Counted from the first letter of the stretch, positions 37,631 through 46,266 are shown. The stretch: 64,000 bases of DNA from Patescibacteria group bacterium (GCA_041665145.1 JBAYJK010000002.1:232339-296338), one strand, 5' to 3'. The notes: generated by a model from the sequence alone, not told the origin. Translations and numbers: made by a program.

Positions 37631-37753
37631 ACAGTTCTTATTTCTTAGTTCACAGTTCTCAAAGATTTCTCAAGTGACAGTTCTTAAGCAATTTGTTTGA
37701 TAATTAAGAATTGAGAACTCTTTAAGAACTGAAAAGTGTGAACTAAAAACTGT
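37631..37753. terminator. long imperfect palindrome between convergent genes
   Basis: The left arm acagttcttatttcttagttcacagttctcaaag pairs (with bulges) with ctttaagaactgaaaagtgtgaactaaaaactgt. It is built from GTTCT/AGAAC words and lies between the stops at 37627 (+) and 37757 (-). Confidence 0.45.
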
Positions 37754-37756
37754 ATG

Positions 37757-39739
37757 TTACGGTGTTGGAGTGACTGTGGCTGTCGGGATTGCCGGAGGAG
37801 CGCTGTCAGCAGGCAATTTAATAGGTGTTCCGCTGATGGTAGGAATTGGTGATGGTGAAGTTAACGTCTGTTCCCCAGTACCTTCTGTAGTAGTGTCTGT
37901 GGATGTTTCTTCTTCCTTCGGTAACATCGCCTTAAACTCCTCTAATTCCTTTTGGGCCTTTGTATAGTCTGCTGACTTTGCCTGGATGTACTGCAATGCG
38001 TTTTGCATCGCGTTTACTGCTTTGGAATAATCCTTTATTTGGTACGCAGCCCACGCAAGGTTATAAAAATAATTCGCGACATCCGGTTTCAGTGTGGCTG
38101 CCTGTTCAAAGAGAGTTGCTGCAGCACTGTAATTTTTCAAGCTATAGTACACGGCACCGAGATTAAAGTAATAACCGGGATTCTTCGGGTCGAGCGCAAT
38201 CGCCCGTTGGTAAGAAGATACTGTCCACACATCCGCTTGTTGCGCGAAAGACAAAACCAGTCGATAAACCTCGGCTAAATTCGCCCAATACACTGCCTTT
38301 TGAGGATTGAGGGCAACAACAGACTTTGCTTCACTTATCCCCTGTTGAATAAGTGTGGTGATGGTTTGTTTATCGGCATCAGTCAAATCTTTTTTTTGGG
38401 CGACGTTCTGCGCCAATAACATATTCGTTTGGCTGAACGTCAATCGGACTTTCTCATTATATGGGTTGACCGTACTTGCCTGACGTTGCAGGTCATACAC
38501 GTCTTGCGCTTTATTTTGTGATGCAGCATAAACCGATGATGCAAGTAAGTATTCAGAAGCAAAGACCTGATATGTAAGAAACCCCATGCCTCCCACAAAC
38601 AGCACAATTATTCCGGCAAGTCCGTATCCGATAAGCTCTACTTCTTTGAAATCAAGTTCTCGAACTTTGTGAGATTCTCGAACAAAGTAAATCATGAGAA
38701 ATAGCAGGAAGAAATACGTCGGAGACAGCGGGAAAAACACAGTCCAGACAAATATAACGAGCAATGGCAACCACATTTTTGATTTTCGTGCCGCATTCAG
38801 AAGAGGCAAGAACACCAGTGCGAGTGCCCCTGCTCCCAGAACGCCGACTTCGGTAATAAGCTGCAATAGTGAGCTGTGCGAGTATTCAACATTGACACTC
38901 CACAACGTTTGCAATGTGTTGTACGCATACGGTTTTGCAATAGTGAATAAAGACAGATAATTAGCAGGTCCAACGCCGAACAATGCGTTCTTGACATCCT
39001 TCAATCCCTCAACCGCAACCTGCCATGAAAACGTGTATGGTAAGAAAACGGGCTTAACGGTACGCACGACTATAAAGAGAGCAAGTAATATCGTCGGCAA
39101 AGCCAGAACAAACATTACGTTTACCAGTACTTTTTGAGTTTTATCTTGAACCGATTTTAAGTGTCTGAGCGTTTCCAATGCAACTGCCAAAAAGTAGCCC
39201 GCAAAGAATGCGAGGTCAAGCATACTCCCTATCGGGGTAAACATCGAATTATTCACGAATGAAAGTGACTGGGGAAGGAATTTAAATACTCCGAAAAATG
39301 AACCAAACGCCGTAACGGCAAGTACAAAAAGCGCACTCAAACTTCCATACAGCGCCAACATCTTATTACTCGGCAATAGCAGTTGTAATAGGATGAACAC
39401 AACAACCATCAGCGCACCGCGAGTAGGATCCAGTAGTCCTTCTATCTTGTTAGGTGATGATATGATCACCGAGACAAGATATGCAACGCCCAACAAAAAC
39501 AACGGACTGTCGAATGATGAGCTAAAAAGTTCGATCTTCCTGTTGATGACTATCTTAGCTGCTTTGACTGCTAGAAGAACAAGGAGTACGACTATCAACA
39601 ATAATAATTTTGTTGATGCAAAGATATTCGAAAATGCTGTCGAAAAAATGAGCGGGTAAAGAAAAAAAGTTGCGAATAACAGGACTTTTTCGATCACCTC
39701 CAAAAACCCATGAATTGCTTTTCTATCCATACGACTCAT
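37757..39739 (-). CDS. polytopic membrane protein with C-terminal TPR repeats (O-antigen ligase/polymerase-like)
   Basis: 660 aa with more than 10 predicted TM helices. TPR-like repeats follow (YWANLAEVY…YQRAIALDPKNPGYYFNLGAVYYSLKNYSAAATLFEQAATLKPD…), then a Thr/Pro-rich tail. Confidence 0.55.
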   Translation of the reverse strand: MSRMDRKAIHGFLEVIEKVLLFATFFLYPLIFSTAFSNIFASTKLLLLIVVLLVLLAVKAAKIVINRKIELFSSSFDSPLFLLGVAYLVSVIISSPNKIEGLLDPTRGALMVVVFILLQLLLPSNKMLALYGSLSALFVLAVTAFGSFFGVFKFLPQSLSFVNNSMFTPIGSMLDLAFFAGYFLAVALETLRHLKSVQDKTQKVLVNVMFVLALPTILLALFIVVRTVKPVFLPYTFSWQVAVEGLKDVKNALFGVGPANYLSLFTIAKPYAYNTLQTLWSVNVEYSHSSLLQLITEVGVLGAGALALVFLPLLNAARKSKMWLPLLVIFVWTVFFPLSPTYFFLLFLMIYFVRESHKVRELDFKEVELIGYGLAGIIVLFVGGMGFLTYQVFASEYLLASSVYAASQNKAQDVYDLQRQASTVNPYNEKVRLTFSQTNMLLAQNVAQKKDLTDADKQTITTLIQQGISEAKSVVALNPQKAVYWANLAEVYRLVLSFAQQADVWTVSSYQRAIALDPKNPGYYFNLGAVYYSLKNYSAAATLFEQAATLKPDVANYFYNLAWAAYQIKDYSKAVNAMQNALQYIQAKSADYTKAQKELEEFKAMLPKEEETSTDTTTEGTGEQTLTSPSPIPTISGTPIKLPADSAPPAIPTATVTPTP

Positions 39740-39775
39740 TCTATGATCTCAGGGAAAAAAGTCAAGGGCAGATTT

Positions 39776-39784
39776 TGTTATAAT
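39776..39784 (+). promoter_or_regulatory. extended -10 box (TGtTATAAT) 8 nt upstream of the ATG at 39793
   Basis: tgttataat at 39776-39784. No purine-rich SD lies between it and the ATG, which implies a leaderless or near-leaderless transcript. Confidence 0.45.
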
Positions 39785-39792
39785 AGAGAAAT

Positions 39793-40875
39793 ATGTTGAA
39801 GGAAGAGTCGTTACAAGAAGATATTCGATCTTTTATAACGTTCATCGGAACTTACACCAGAAAGAAAACCGTGAGAGCGGCTGTACTTTTCGAGAAAGCA
39901 AAAGATGCGTTAGTAACTCTTCTCGTGGCCAAGCGAGGAAAATATCAGCATTCATTCTTGAATACGTCATTTTTTCTGCTCGTCATAGCAATTTGGTTTG
40001 CCGGACCGATTATTGCTGAAAATAACCCTCTCCTCGGGCAGAATACCACATCAACCGCTACCTCAAGTTCCGTTGTCTCCGTGTACTCCCTGGGATCAGG
40101 AGACATGGTCACTACAAAGGTTTCACAAAAACCACGAGACAGCATTGTATATTATAAAATTCAATCAGGAGATACGCTCGCCGGGATAGCCCAGAAATTC
40201 GATATTTCCGTAAACACCATAAAATGGGCAAATGATCTGAAGTCCGAAACCATTAACGTGAACGATACATTAAAAATTCTTCCTGTCTCCGGAATTGCAC
40301 ACAAAGTAACAAGTGGTGACACTATTTATTCAATCGCGAAGAAATACAACACTGACGCTCAAAAGGTAGTAAACTTTCCGTTCAATGAATTTGCTGATCT
40401 TGATACTTTTGCAATAACTCCGGGTCAGATTCTGTTTGTCCCGGATGGAACACCTCAACAAGCACAACCTCTTGTTCAACCAAGCTATGCTCAATATTTC
40501 GCCGGCCAGGGCGGGACCGGTTCTTTTATCTGGCCGACAACCGGAATGATTACTCAGTATCCCATTTGGTACCATATGGCGCTGGATATCGCGAATCCCA
40601 GTTCACCCCCAGTTCTTGCTGCAGATAGCGGCACCGTCAGTTTTGCCGGCTGTATAAATTGGGGATACGGTTGTCATGTCATTATCAATCATCAATCAGG
40701 GTATCAAAGTTTATACGGCCATCTGTCTCAAGTGGCAGTCAGTGACGGCCAAGCAGTAACAAAGGGTCAACAGATCGGCAATATGGGTTCCACCGGCCGG
40801 TCGACCGGGACCCATTTGCATTTTGAAATTCGACAAGGTGGGGCCCTGCTCAGCCCGTTAAGTTTCTTACAGTAA
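39793..40875 (+). CDS. LysM-domain M23 peptidoglycan endopeptidase
   Basis: N-terminal TM and two LysM motifs (YKIQSGDTLAGIAQKF…, HKVTSGDTIYSIAKKY…). The M23 metal motifs are HMALDI and GSTGRSTGTHLHFEIR. Confidence 0.92.
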   Translation: MLKEESLQEDIRSFITFIGTYTRKKTVRAAVLFEKAKDALVTLLVAKRGKYQHSFLNTSFFLLVIAIWFAGPIIAENNPLLGQNTTSTATSSSVVSVYSLGSGDMVTTKVSQKPRDSIVYYKIQSGDTLAGIAQKFDISVNTIKWANDLKSETINVNDTLKILPVSGIAHKVTSGDTIYSIAKKYNTDAQKVVNFPFNEFADLDTFAITPGQILFVPDGTPQQAQPLVQPSYAQYFAGQGGTGSFIWPTTGMITQYPIWYHMALDIANPSSPPVLAADSGTVSFAGCINWGYGCHVIINHQSGYQSLYGHLSQVAVSDGQAVTKGQQIGNMGSTGRSTGTHLHFEIRQGGALLSPLSFLQ

Positions 40876-40879
40876 TTGT

Positions 40880-41506
40880 ATGAATATAAAACCGCTTATT
40901 TTATTTGACCTGGACTGGACTCTGATTAATGTTTCAAAACTCAAACAAGCTTTGTACGTTCTCCTTGCCGCCGTTTGCAAAACCGAAGCAAGCAAGATAG
41001 AAAAAGAGTTCGAGCAGTACATCTCCACCTTGGTAAGCAGAACAGATTTTAGTGTCGAGGAGTTAACGGAACACTTAACCCGGAAATACCAAGTACCGCA
41101 GAGTGCAATTCTTACAGCAATCACCGGTACTAAACAAATTTATTCCTCATCACTTTATCCAGAAGTAGCTGCTACAGTTGAAAAACTATCATCAAAATAT
41201 ACGTTGGGAATTTTTTCTGAAGGGACATCTTTGTGGCAAAAAACAAAAGTCACCCTCTCAGAGTTGCTGCCATTTCTTAATAAAGACCGAATCTATATTT
41301 TCAGACGTAAATGCGATTCGGTTTCACTTCAACAAATACCTGACAATGCATTTGTCGTCGACGATAAGATAGCAGTCTGTGAGACGCTACAAAGCAAAAC
41401 CGCACTCACCCCCATCTGGCTCAATAGAAAATCAGAAGAAAGTTCTTCGACTATTAAGACCATTCACAACTTGTCTGAGCTTACTGTAATCCTGCAATCC
41501 GAGTAA
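40880..41506 (+). CDS. HAD-superfamily hydrolase
   Basis: Motif I DxDxT is present as FDLDWTLI, with a cap region and later GIFSEG/DD motifs. The 3' end overlaps convergent gdh by 26 nt. Confidence 0.7.
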   Translation: MNIKPLILFDLDWTLINVSKLKQALYVLLAAVCKTEASKIEKEFEQYISTLVSRTDFSVEELTEHLTRKYQVPQSAILTAITGTKQIYSSSLYPEVAATVEKLSSKYTLGIFSEGTSLWQKTKVTLSELLPFLNKDRIYIFRRKCDSVSLQQIPDNAFVVDDKIAVCETLQSKTALTPIWLNRKSEESSSTIKTIHNLSELTVILQSE

Positions 41507-42812
41507 GAGCAACAGCAAAAGCCCCTTCTTTCATGTTTATTTTGAGGGTTTTTGATTTGTTCCATACCGCCTCAAACGCCAGTTGGAGTTGTCTTTCGAG
41601 CTTATCATTCACTTCTTTCTCGCTCCACCAATAACCGGCAAGACCCTGCACCCATTCAAAGTATGAAACAGTCACTCCCCCGCTGTTTGCCAGAATATCG
41701 GGGACGACAATAATTCCCATTTTATCGAGAATCGGATATGCGTCTTCTGCAATAGGACCGTTTGCCATTTCGATAATAATTTTCGCTTTGATTTTTCCGG
41801 CGTTTTCAGCAGTTATGACGTTCTCAAGCGCGGCAGGCACCAATATGTCTACCGGAAGTTCCAAAAGTTCTTCCTGACTAACTGTCCTCCCGTATTTGAT
41901 GTCGCAGACGGTGCCCTTGCAATAACACCCGGCAACACTTCCTTTTTTCTTTTTACAATCAAGTGTTGAGGCAACGCTCAGACCTTCTTTAACATAGACA
42001 CCTCCCTTGGAGTCAGATACGGCAACTACGGAAAAACCTTCTTCTTCGGCAATTTTGGCAAAATAGTAGCCGACATTACCGAATCCCTGGACCGCAATCG
42101 ATGGCGATTGCGGAATCTCGAATCTCGAATCTCGAATCTCGAAATTTCCTTTTTTTTGGGATTTTGTATTTGTTTCGGATTTCGGATTTCGGATTTCGGA
42201 TTTTAACTTTGAAAGTAACGCTTTCAAGACCATTACGCCGCCGCGTCCGGTTGCTTCGGTTCTTCCCAAGGATCCACCAAGCGCCACCGGCTTACCGGTG
42301 AATGTAGCGGGACTTTTTGCTCCCACGGCTTTTTCGTATTCATCGAGCATCCACAGCATTATCTGACCGTTGGTATTTACATCCGGTGCCGGGACATCCG
42401 TCCACGGTCCTATATATGAAGCGATTGCCCGTCCATAGGTGCGGGACAGAGATTCCAATTCTTCAACCGTCAATTCTTTGGGGTCAACAATAATCCCGCC
42501 TTTAGCACCTCCATAGGGCAATCCAGCAACTGCGCATTTTAAGCTCATGAGTGTGGAAAGCGCCATCACCTCTTCACGGCTTACATTCTGATGAAATCGA
42601 ATTCCACCTTTGTACGGTCCGAGCGTATTGCTATGTTGGCTTCGAAATCCTTGAAACGTTTTGATTGTGCCGTTTTTCATCTTAACGGGAAGCTTTACCT
42701 CAATAACCCGGTCAGGCTGCACGAGTTTTTCGGTAAGATCTTCCGCAAGACCGATTTTTTTGGCAGTTTTTCTAATAAGACCCTGAGCCGTTTCAAGCAT
42801 TTGATTGGACAT
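41481..42812 (-). CDS. gdh: glutamate dehydrogenase with ~27-aa in-frame insertion
   Basis: Catalytic region PYGGAKGGIIVDP and the Rossmann motif QGFGNVG. The insertion KSEIRNPKSETNTKSQKKGNFEIRDSRFEIPQS lies immediately N-terminal to QGFGNVG. Confidence 0.93.
   Translation of the reverse strand: MSNQMLETAQGLIRKTAKKIGLAEDLTEKLVQPDRVIEVKLPVKMKNGTIKTFQGFRSQHSNTLGPYKGGIRFHQNVSREEVMALSTLMSLKCAVAGLPYGGAKGGIIVDPKELTVEELESLSRTYGRAIASYIGPWTDVPAPDVNTNGQIMLWMLDEYEKAVGAKSPATFTGKPVALGGSLGRTEATGRGGVMVLKALLSKLKSEIRNPKSETNTKSQKKGNFEIRDSRFEIPQSPSIAVQGFGNVGYYFAKIAEEEGFSVVAVSDSKGGVYVKEGLSVASTLDCKKKKGSVAGCYCKGTVCDIKYGRTVSQEELLELPVDILVPAALENVITAENAGKIKAKIIIEMANGPIAEDAYPILDKMGIIVVPDILANSGGVTVSYFEWVQGLAGYWWSEKEVNDKLERQLQLAFEAVWNKSKTLKINMKEGAFAVALTRIAGLQ
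42113..42210 (-). repeat. ~98-nt imperfect-palindromic element inserted in frame in gdh
   Basis: 4x GAATCTC (42113-42140), a 32-nt spacer, then 4x TTTCGGA (42173-42200) and ttttaacttt. It is homologous along its whole length to 43251-43352 in trxB. Confidence 0.85.
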
Positions 42813-42836
42813 AAACTAAATTAAACTACTAATAAT

Positions 42837-42960
42837 AAGTTGTAACTTGTAAGTTGCAAGTTGTATTAAAGTCGTAATGATTAAGTTGTAAGTTTTAACC
42901 AGTCGTTTCAACTTACAACTTCAAGCTTTATTACAACTTACACCTTACGACTTTCAACTT
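42837..42960. repeat. ~124-nt intercistronic palindromic repeat, copy A (trxB-gdh spacer)
   Basis: Words AAGTTGTAA/TTACAACTT form two imperfect arms. It is about 93% identical (9 differences by eye) to 43997-44119. Its last 23 nt supply the trxB C-terminal codons EVESRKV and the stop. Confidence 0.85.
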
Positions 42961-43990
42961 CATCTAAATATTTCTCAATTTCTAATTCTGCTGCAACTCC
43001 CATTCCTGCAGCTGTCGCTGCTTGCCGGTAGACATGATCAACGCAGTCTCCTGCAGCAAATATTCCATCTACCGAGGTCGCATACTGAAACTTTTTGTCA
43101 AATTTTTCCCGTGATACACCCTCCGGTAATTCAAATGCAACCCTGGCGCCTGTATATATGTATTGCTTCGGATCAAGAAGCACACCCGAGCCCTCAAGAA
43201 ATTTAGTTGCCGGCGTATGACCAATAGCCACAAATACTCCGTCCAAGGGTAAATCTCGAAGCTCGAAGCTCGAATTTCGAAGTTGTTTTAGATCTTCGGA
43301 TTTTAGTGCTTGTTTCGGATTTCGGTTTTCGGATTTCGGAATTTTTAACTTTATTCCCGTTACTTTCTCTTCTCCGACTATTTCCAAAACCTCAGCGTTA
43401 AGAATAACTTCTATCTTCGGATGTTTTAATACTCTCTCCTGCATAATTTTTGATGCCCGAAAACTGTCCCTTCGATGAATTACATAGACTTTTGTCGCAA
43501 AACGTGTGAGTACCAATGCATCCTCCATGGCGGAATCGCCACCACCCAGAACCGCGACCACTTTATTTCTGAAGAAAAATCCATCGCACGTCGCACATGC
43601 CGAGACTCCTTTGCCTCGAAGTTTCTGCTCGGACGGTAACCCGAGCCATCGGGCATCTGCACCTGTCGCAACCAAAATAACCCGTGCAGAATACATCGTA
43701 CCACTGCTTACTATAACATTTTTGGCTCTTTTGTCTGACTCAATCTTTTGTACAGAATCGGAAATAAACCGCGTTCCAAATCGCTCTGCCTGTAATTTCA
43801 TTTCCTGGACAAGCTCAGGTCCAAGTATCCCTTTCGAGAAACCCGGATAGTTTTCTACATCTGAAGTAAGTGTTAATTGCCCTCCAGGAACAGAGCCTTC
43901 AATAACTAACGGTTTTAAATTTGCGCGGGCTGCATATGTTGCTGCCGCAAGTCCTGCCGGTCCTCCGCCGATGATGATAAGGTTTTCCAT
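42938..43990 (-). CDS. trxB: thioredoxin-disulfide reductase with ~22-aa in-frame insertion
   Basis: GGGPAG FAD motif, redox-active CATC, the GGGDSA NADPH motif and GVFVAIGHTP. The insertion PKSENRNPKQALKSEDLKQLRNSSFE lies between VTGIKLK and LPLDGVFVAIGH. Confidence 0.95.
   Translation of the reverse strand: MENLIIIGGGPAGLAAATYAARANLKPLVIEGSVPGGQLTLTSDVENYPGFSKGILGPELVQEMKLQAERFGTRFISDSVQKIESDKRAKNVIVSSGTMYSARVILVATGADARWLGLPSEQKLRGKGVSACATCDGFFFRNKVVAVLGGGDSAMEDALVLTRFATKVYVIHRRDSFRASKIMQERVLKHPKIEVILNAEVLEIVGEEKVTGIKLKIPKSENRNPKQALKSEDLKQLRNSSFELRDLPLDGVFVAIGHTPATKFLEGSGVLLDPKQYIYTGARVAFELPEGVSREKFDKKFQYATSVDGIFAAGDCVDHVYRQAATAAGMGVAAELEIEKYLDEVESRKV
43251..43352 (-). repeat. ~100-nt imperfect-palindromic element inserted in frame in trxB
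   Basis: aatctcgaagctcgaagctcgaatttcgaag … TTTCGGA/TTTCGGT/TTTCGGA/TTTCGGA (43313-43340) … tttttaacttt. It has the same orientation and the same end sequences as the gdh element. Confidence 0.85.
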
Positions 43991-43996
43991 GCTTTA

Positions 43997-44119
43997 AAGT
44001 TATAACTTGTAAGTCGTAAGTTGTATTAAAGTCGTAATAATTAAGTTGTAGTTTTAATCAGCTGTTTCAACTTACAACTTCAAACTTTATTACAACTTAC
44101 ACCTTACGACTTTCAACTT
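43997..44119. repeat. ~123-nt intercistronic palindromic repeat, copy B (csoR-like-trxB spacer)
   Basis: Direct repeat of 42837-42960. It starts 7 nt after the trxB ATG position and ends at the stop of the CsoR-like gene. Confidence 0.85.
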
Positions 44120-44363
44120 ATATTCGTGATATTTCTTTTAACACTGCTTCCAATTTTTCCTTATGCTCAGGCATAAGATTACACACCTCGCCTTTTGCAA
44201 TTTCAAGTCCTAAATTATTGACCGCCGCTTTTATGGCACCTATCTGGAGCAATACAGCAGTACAATCACGCTTGCCTTCAAGCATTTTTTGAATACCTTT
44301 TAACTGTCCGATGATCTTATTTATCCGTTGAATATGTATAGTGCTCTCATTTAAATCTTTCAT
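44118..44363 (-). CDS. CsoR/RcnR/FrmR-family (DUF156) metal- or thiol-responsive repressor
   Basis: 81 aa with the family pattern IQRINKIIGQLKGIQKMLEGKRDCTAVLLQIGAIKAAV. There are only two Cys (C34, C61) and no His at the usual Cu(I) ligand spacing. Confidence 0.75.
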   Translation of the reverse strand: MKDLNESTIHIQRINKIIGQLKGIQKMLEGKRDCTAVLLQIGAIKAAVNNLGLEIAKGEVCNLMPEHKEKLEAVLKEISRI

Positions 44364-44418
44364 AATTGCTTGTTACTTTAAACTTTTAACTTTTTACTTA
44401 CCCCGACTTTGTCGGGAT

Positions 44419-44441
44419 ATACCCCTACCCCCTAAGGGTAT
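44419..44441. promoter_or_regulatory. candidate operator for the CsoR-like repressor
   Basis: ATACCC-N11-GGGTAT inverted repeat with a C5/G5 tract (minus strand ATACCCTTAGGGGGTAGGGGTAT). It lies 56-78 nt upstream of the repressor ATG. An adjacent small hairpin CCCGAC-ttt-GTCGGG sits at 44402-44416. Confidence 0.45.
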
Positions 44442-44771
44442 CAATGTACTCAAGAAATGTCAAGCCAATGCGGTTCTTGACAACTACTGTATAATGGGAT
44501 ATAGTAAGGATGCTACTGTAAGGTTAAGAAGCGCATTGAAATATTTTCCTACACAAGAACTTATTTAGGGTAACCTCCAGCCTGAGAAGGCTGAAGATTA
44601 TAAAGTGTAGTTCTTCGATCCCGACTACGTCGTGGATTGAGACGCACTCACCTTTTGCAAACCGTGGGAAAACAACAATGCGACATTGCTTTATAGTAGC
44701 AATTTTATTGTCGATACTTATACATCAGGTTCTCGTTTCCAATTAGATTATCAATTTATTATTCCTTATTC

Positions 44772-46190
44772 ATGGTCAGATCAAAAACTGCTCCTGCAGA
44801 GCCTGCTAAAGAAGAGATGCTCGACGTCTCTACCCTTATTAACACGCCCGAGGACAAACGTATTGTGGCAGAACCAGAAGTTAAGAGTCCAGAGTTAATG
44901 GTTAATAGTTCAAGAGTTAATGAGACACCGAGTGTAGCTGAGGGACAACAAACTCCCAGTTCCAAACTACCCGCTTCGCAGCGAGGCGAGCCAACTACTA
45001 ATTACCAATCACCAGCTGCTCGACCGACAGGACCGGATGAAGGTATGTTTGAACGGCGCATTCAAGACGATCTTCGAAGCGCTTTTGAAGTTAAAGGATT
45101 TTTGGATATCGTAAATACAACATATGGATTTTTGCGACCGGGCTTTGCCCCATCAAGTGACGATATCTACGTTTCCATGTCACAGATCCGCAAATTTCAG
45201 CTTCGCCAAGGTGATCAGGTAGTCGGGCTCGCTCGACCACCGAAGCAAAACGAGAAATATCATGGTCTTTTGAAAATTACAAAAATAAATGATCTTCCCC
45301 TGCAAGGCGATACTATTAAACGTCGTAAATATGAGGAACTTACTCCTATTTACCCAGACAGACAGATTACGCTTGAGTATGATACAAAAATCGTGTCTAC
45401 CCGTATTATTGACCTTCTCTCTCCTATTGGTTATGGTCAACGAGGCATGATCGTATCTCCTCCAAAAGCAGGAAAGACAACCTTTTTGAAAGAAATTGCA
45501 CAAGGTGTGATCACCAACAACCCGAACTCGCACCTTATTGCCATTCTTATCGGCGAGCGACCTGAGGAAGTAACCGATATGAAACGAAACATAAAAGGTG
45601 AAGTGGTTGCTTCGAATTTTGACGAGTCGCCTGAACATCAAATCGCTGTTGCTGAACTCGGTTTGGCACGAGCGAAACGGTTGGTTGAAATAGGAAAAGA
45701 TGTTGTTATTTTGCTTGACTCAATAACACGTCTTGCCCGAGCATACAATCTTTCCGTTGGTCCGTCTGGTAAGACCTTGTCCGGAGGATTTGACCCGGCA
45801 GCACTCTTCCCCGCCAAAAAGTTCTTAGGAGCAGCGAGAAACTGTGAAGAAGGCGGTAGTTTGACCATCATTGGTACTGCGCTTATCGAAACAGGTTCGC
45901 GCATGGATGATCTTATCTACGAAGAATTCAAGGGTACCGGCAACATGGAGGTACATCTTGAAAGAAAACTTGCCGAAAAACGCATTTATCCGGCAATCAA
46001 TATAGAAAGATCAGGCACACGACATGACGAGTTGTTGCAAAACGACGAATTGTTTAAGAAAATTACAACACTTCGACACATGTTGCTGCTTCTCGACGAA
46101 GAACAGCGTTTAGTATCACTTATCGACAAGCTCGGCAAGTCTAAGACTAACAAAGACTTCCTTGAGACGCTGAATATGGCGAAAAAGTAA
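44772..46190 (+). CDS. rho: transcription termination factor Rho with non-canonical N-terminal extension
   Basis: CSD-like RNA-binding region (GFLDIV…YGFLRP…DDIYVSMSQIRKFQLRQGD), Walker A PPKAGKT, and Q/R-loop regions. The first ~100 aa are Pro/Glu/Ser-rich rather than a Rho_N helix bundle. Confidence 0.96.
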   Translation: MVRSKTAPAEPAKEEMLDVSTLINTPEDKRIVAEPEVKSPELMVNSSRVNETPSVAEGQQTPSSKLPASQRGEPTTNYQSPAARPTGPDEGMFERRIQDDLRSAFEVKGFLDIVNTTYGFLRPGFAPSSDDIYVSMSQIRKFQLRQGDQVVGLARPPKQNEKYHGLLKITKINDLPLQGDTIKRRKYEELTPIYPDRQITLEYDTKIVSTRIIDLLSPIGYGQRGMIVSPPKAGKTTFLKEIAQGVITNNPNSHLIAILIGERPEEVTDMKRNIKGEVVASNFDESPEHQIAVAELGLARAKRLVEIGKDVVILLDSITRLARAYNLSVGPSGKTLSGGFDPAALFPAKKFLGAARNCEEGGSLTIIGTALIETGSRMDDLIYEEFKGTGNMEVHLERKLAEKRIYPAINIERSGTRHDELLQNDELFKKITTLRHMLLLLDEEQRLVSLIDKLGKSKTNKDFLETLNMAKK

Positions 46191-46266
46191 ATTTAAGCTT
46201 AAATATTAAAGCTTAAAGATTAATTGAAGCCTAAACCTTAAAGCTTGAAGTTTCCTTGTTGCTTTG
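46191..46266. terminator. AAGCTT-word palindromic spacer between convergent rho and the SpoU gene
   Basis: tttaagcttaaa (46193-46204) is a perfect 12-nt palindrome. Further TTAAAGCTT words follow, with AAGCTT cores at 46196, 46210 and 46242. Confidence 0.4.

Noticed and set aside
42113-42210. The in-frame inserts in gdh, trxB and argS as mini-inteins or introns.
   Set aside because: At 22-33 codons they are far too short. They lack intein splice-junction residues and blocks and have no group I or II intron structure. Their nucleotide-level tandem and palindromic organisation points to repeat elements instead.
44341-44568. A 75-aa plus-strand ORF overlapping the start and promoter/operator region of the CsoR-like gene.
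   Set aside because: It overlaps the repressor start and the palindromic operator candidate. It has no recognisable domain and is probably spurious.
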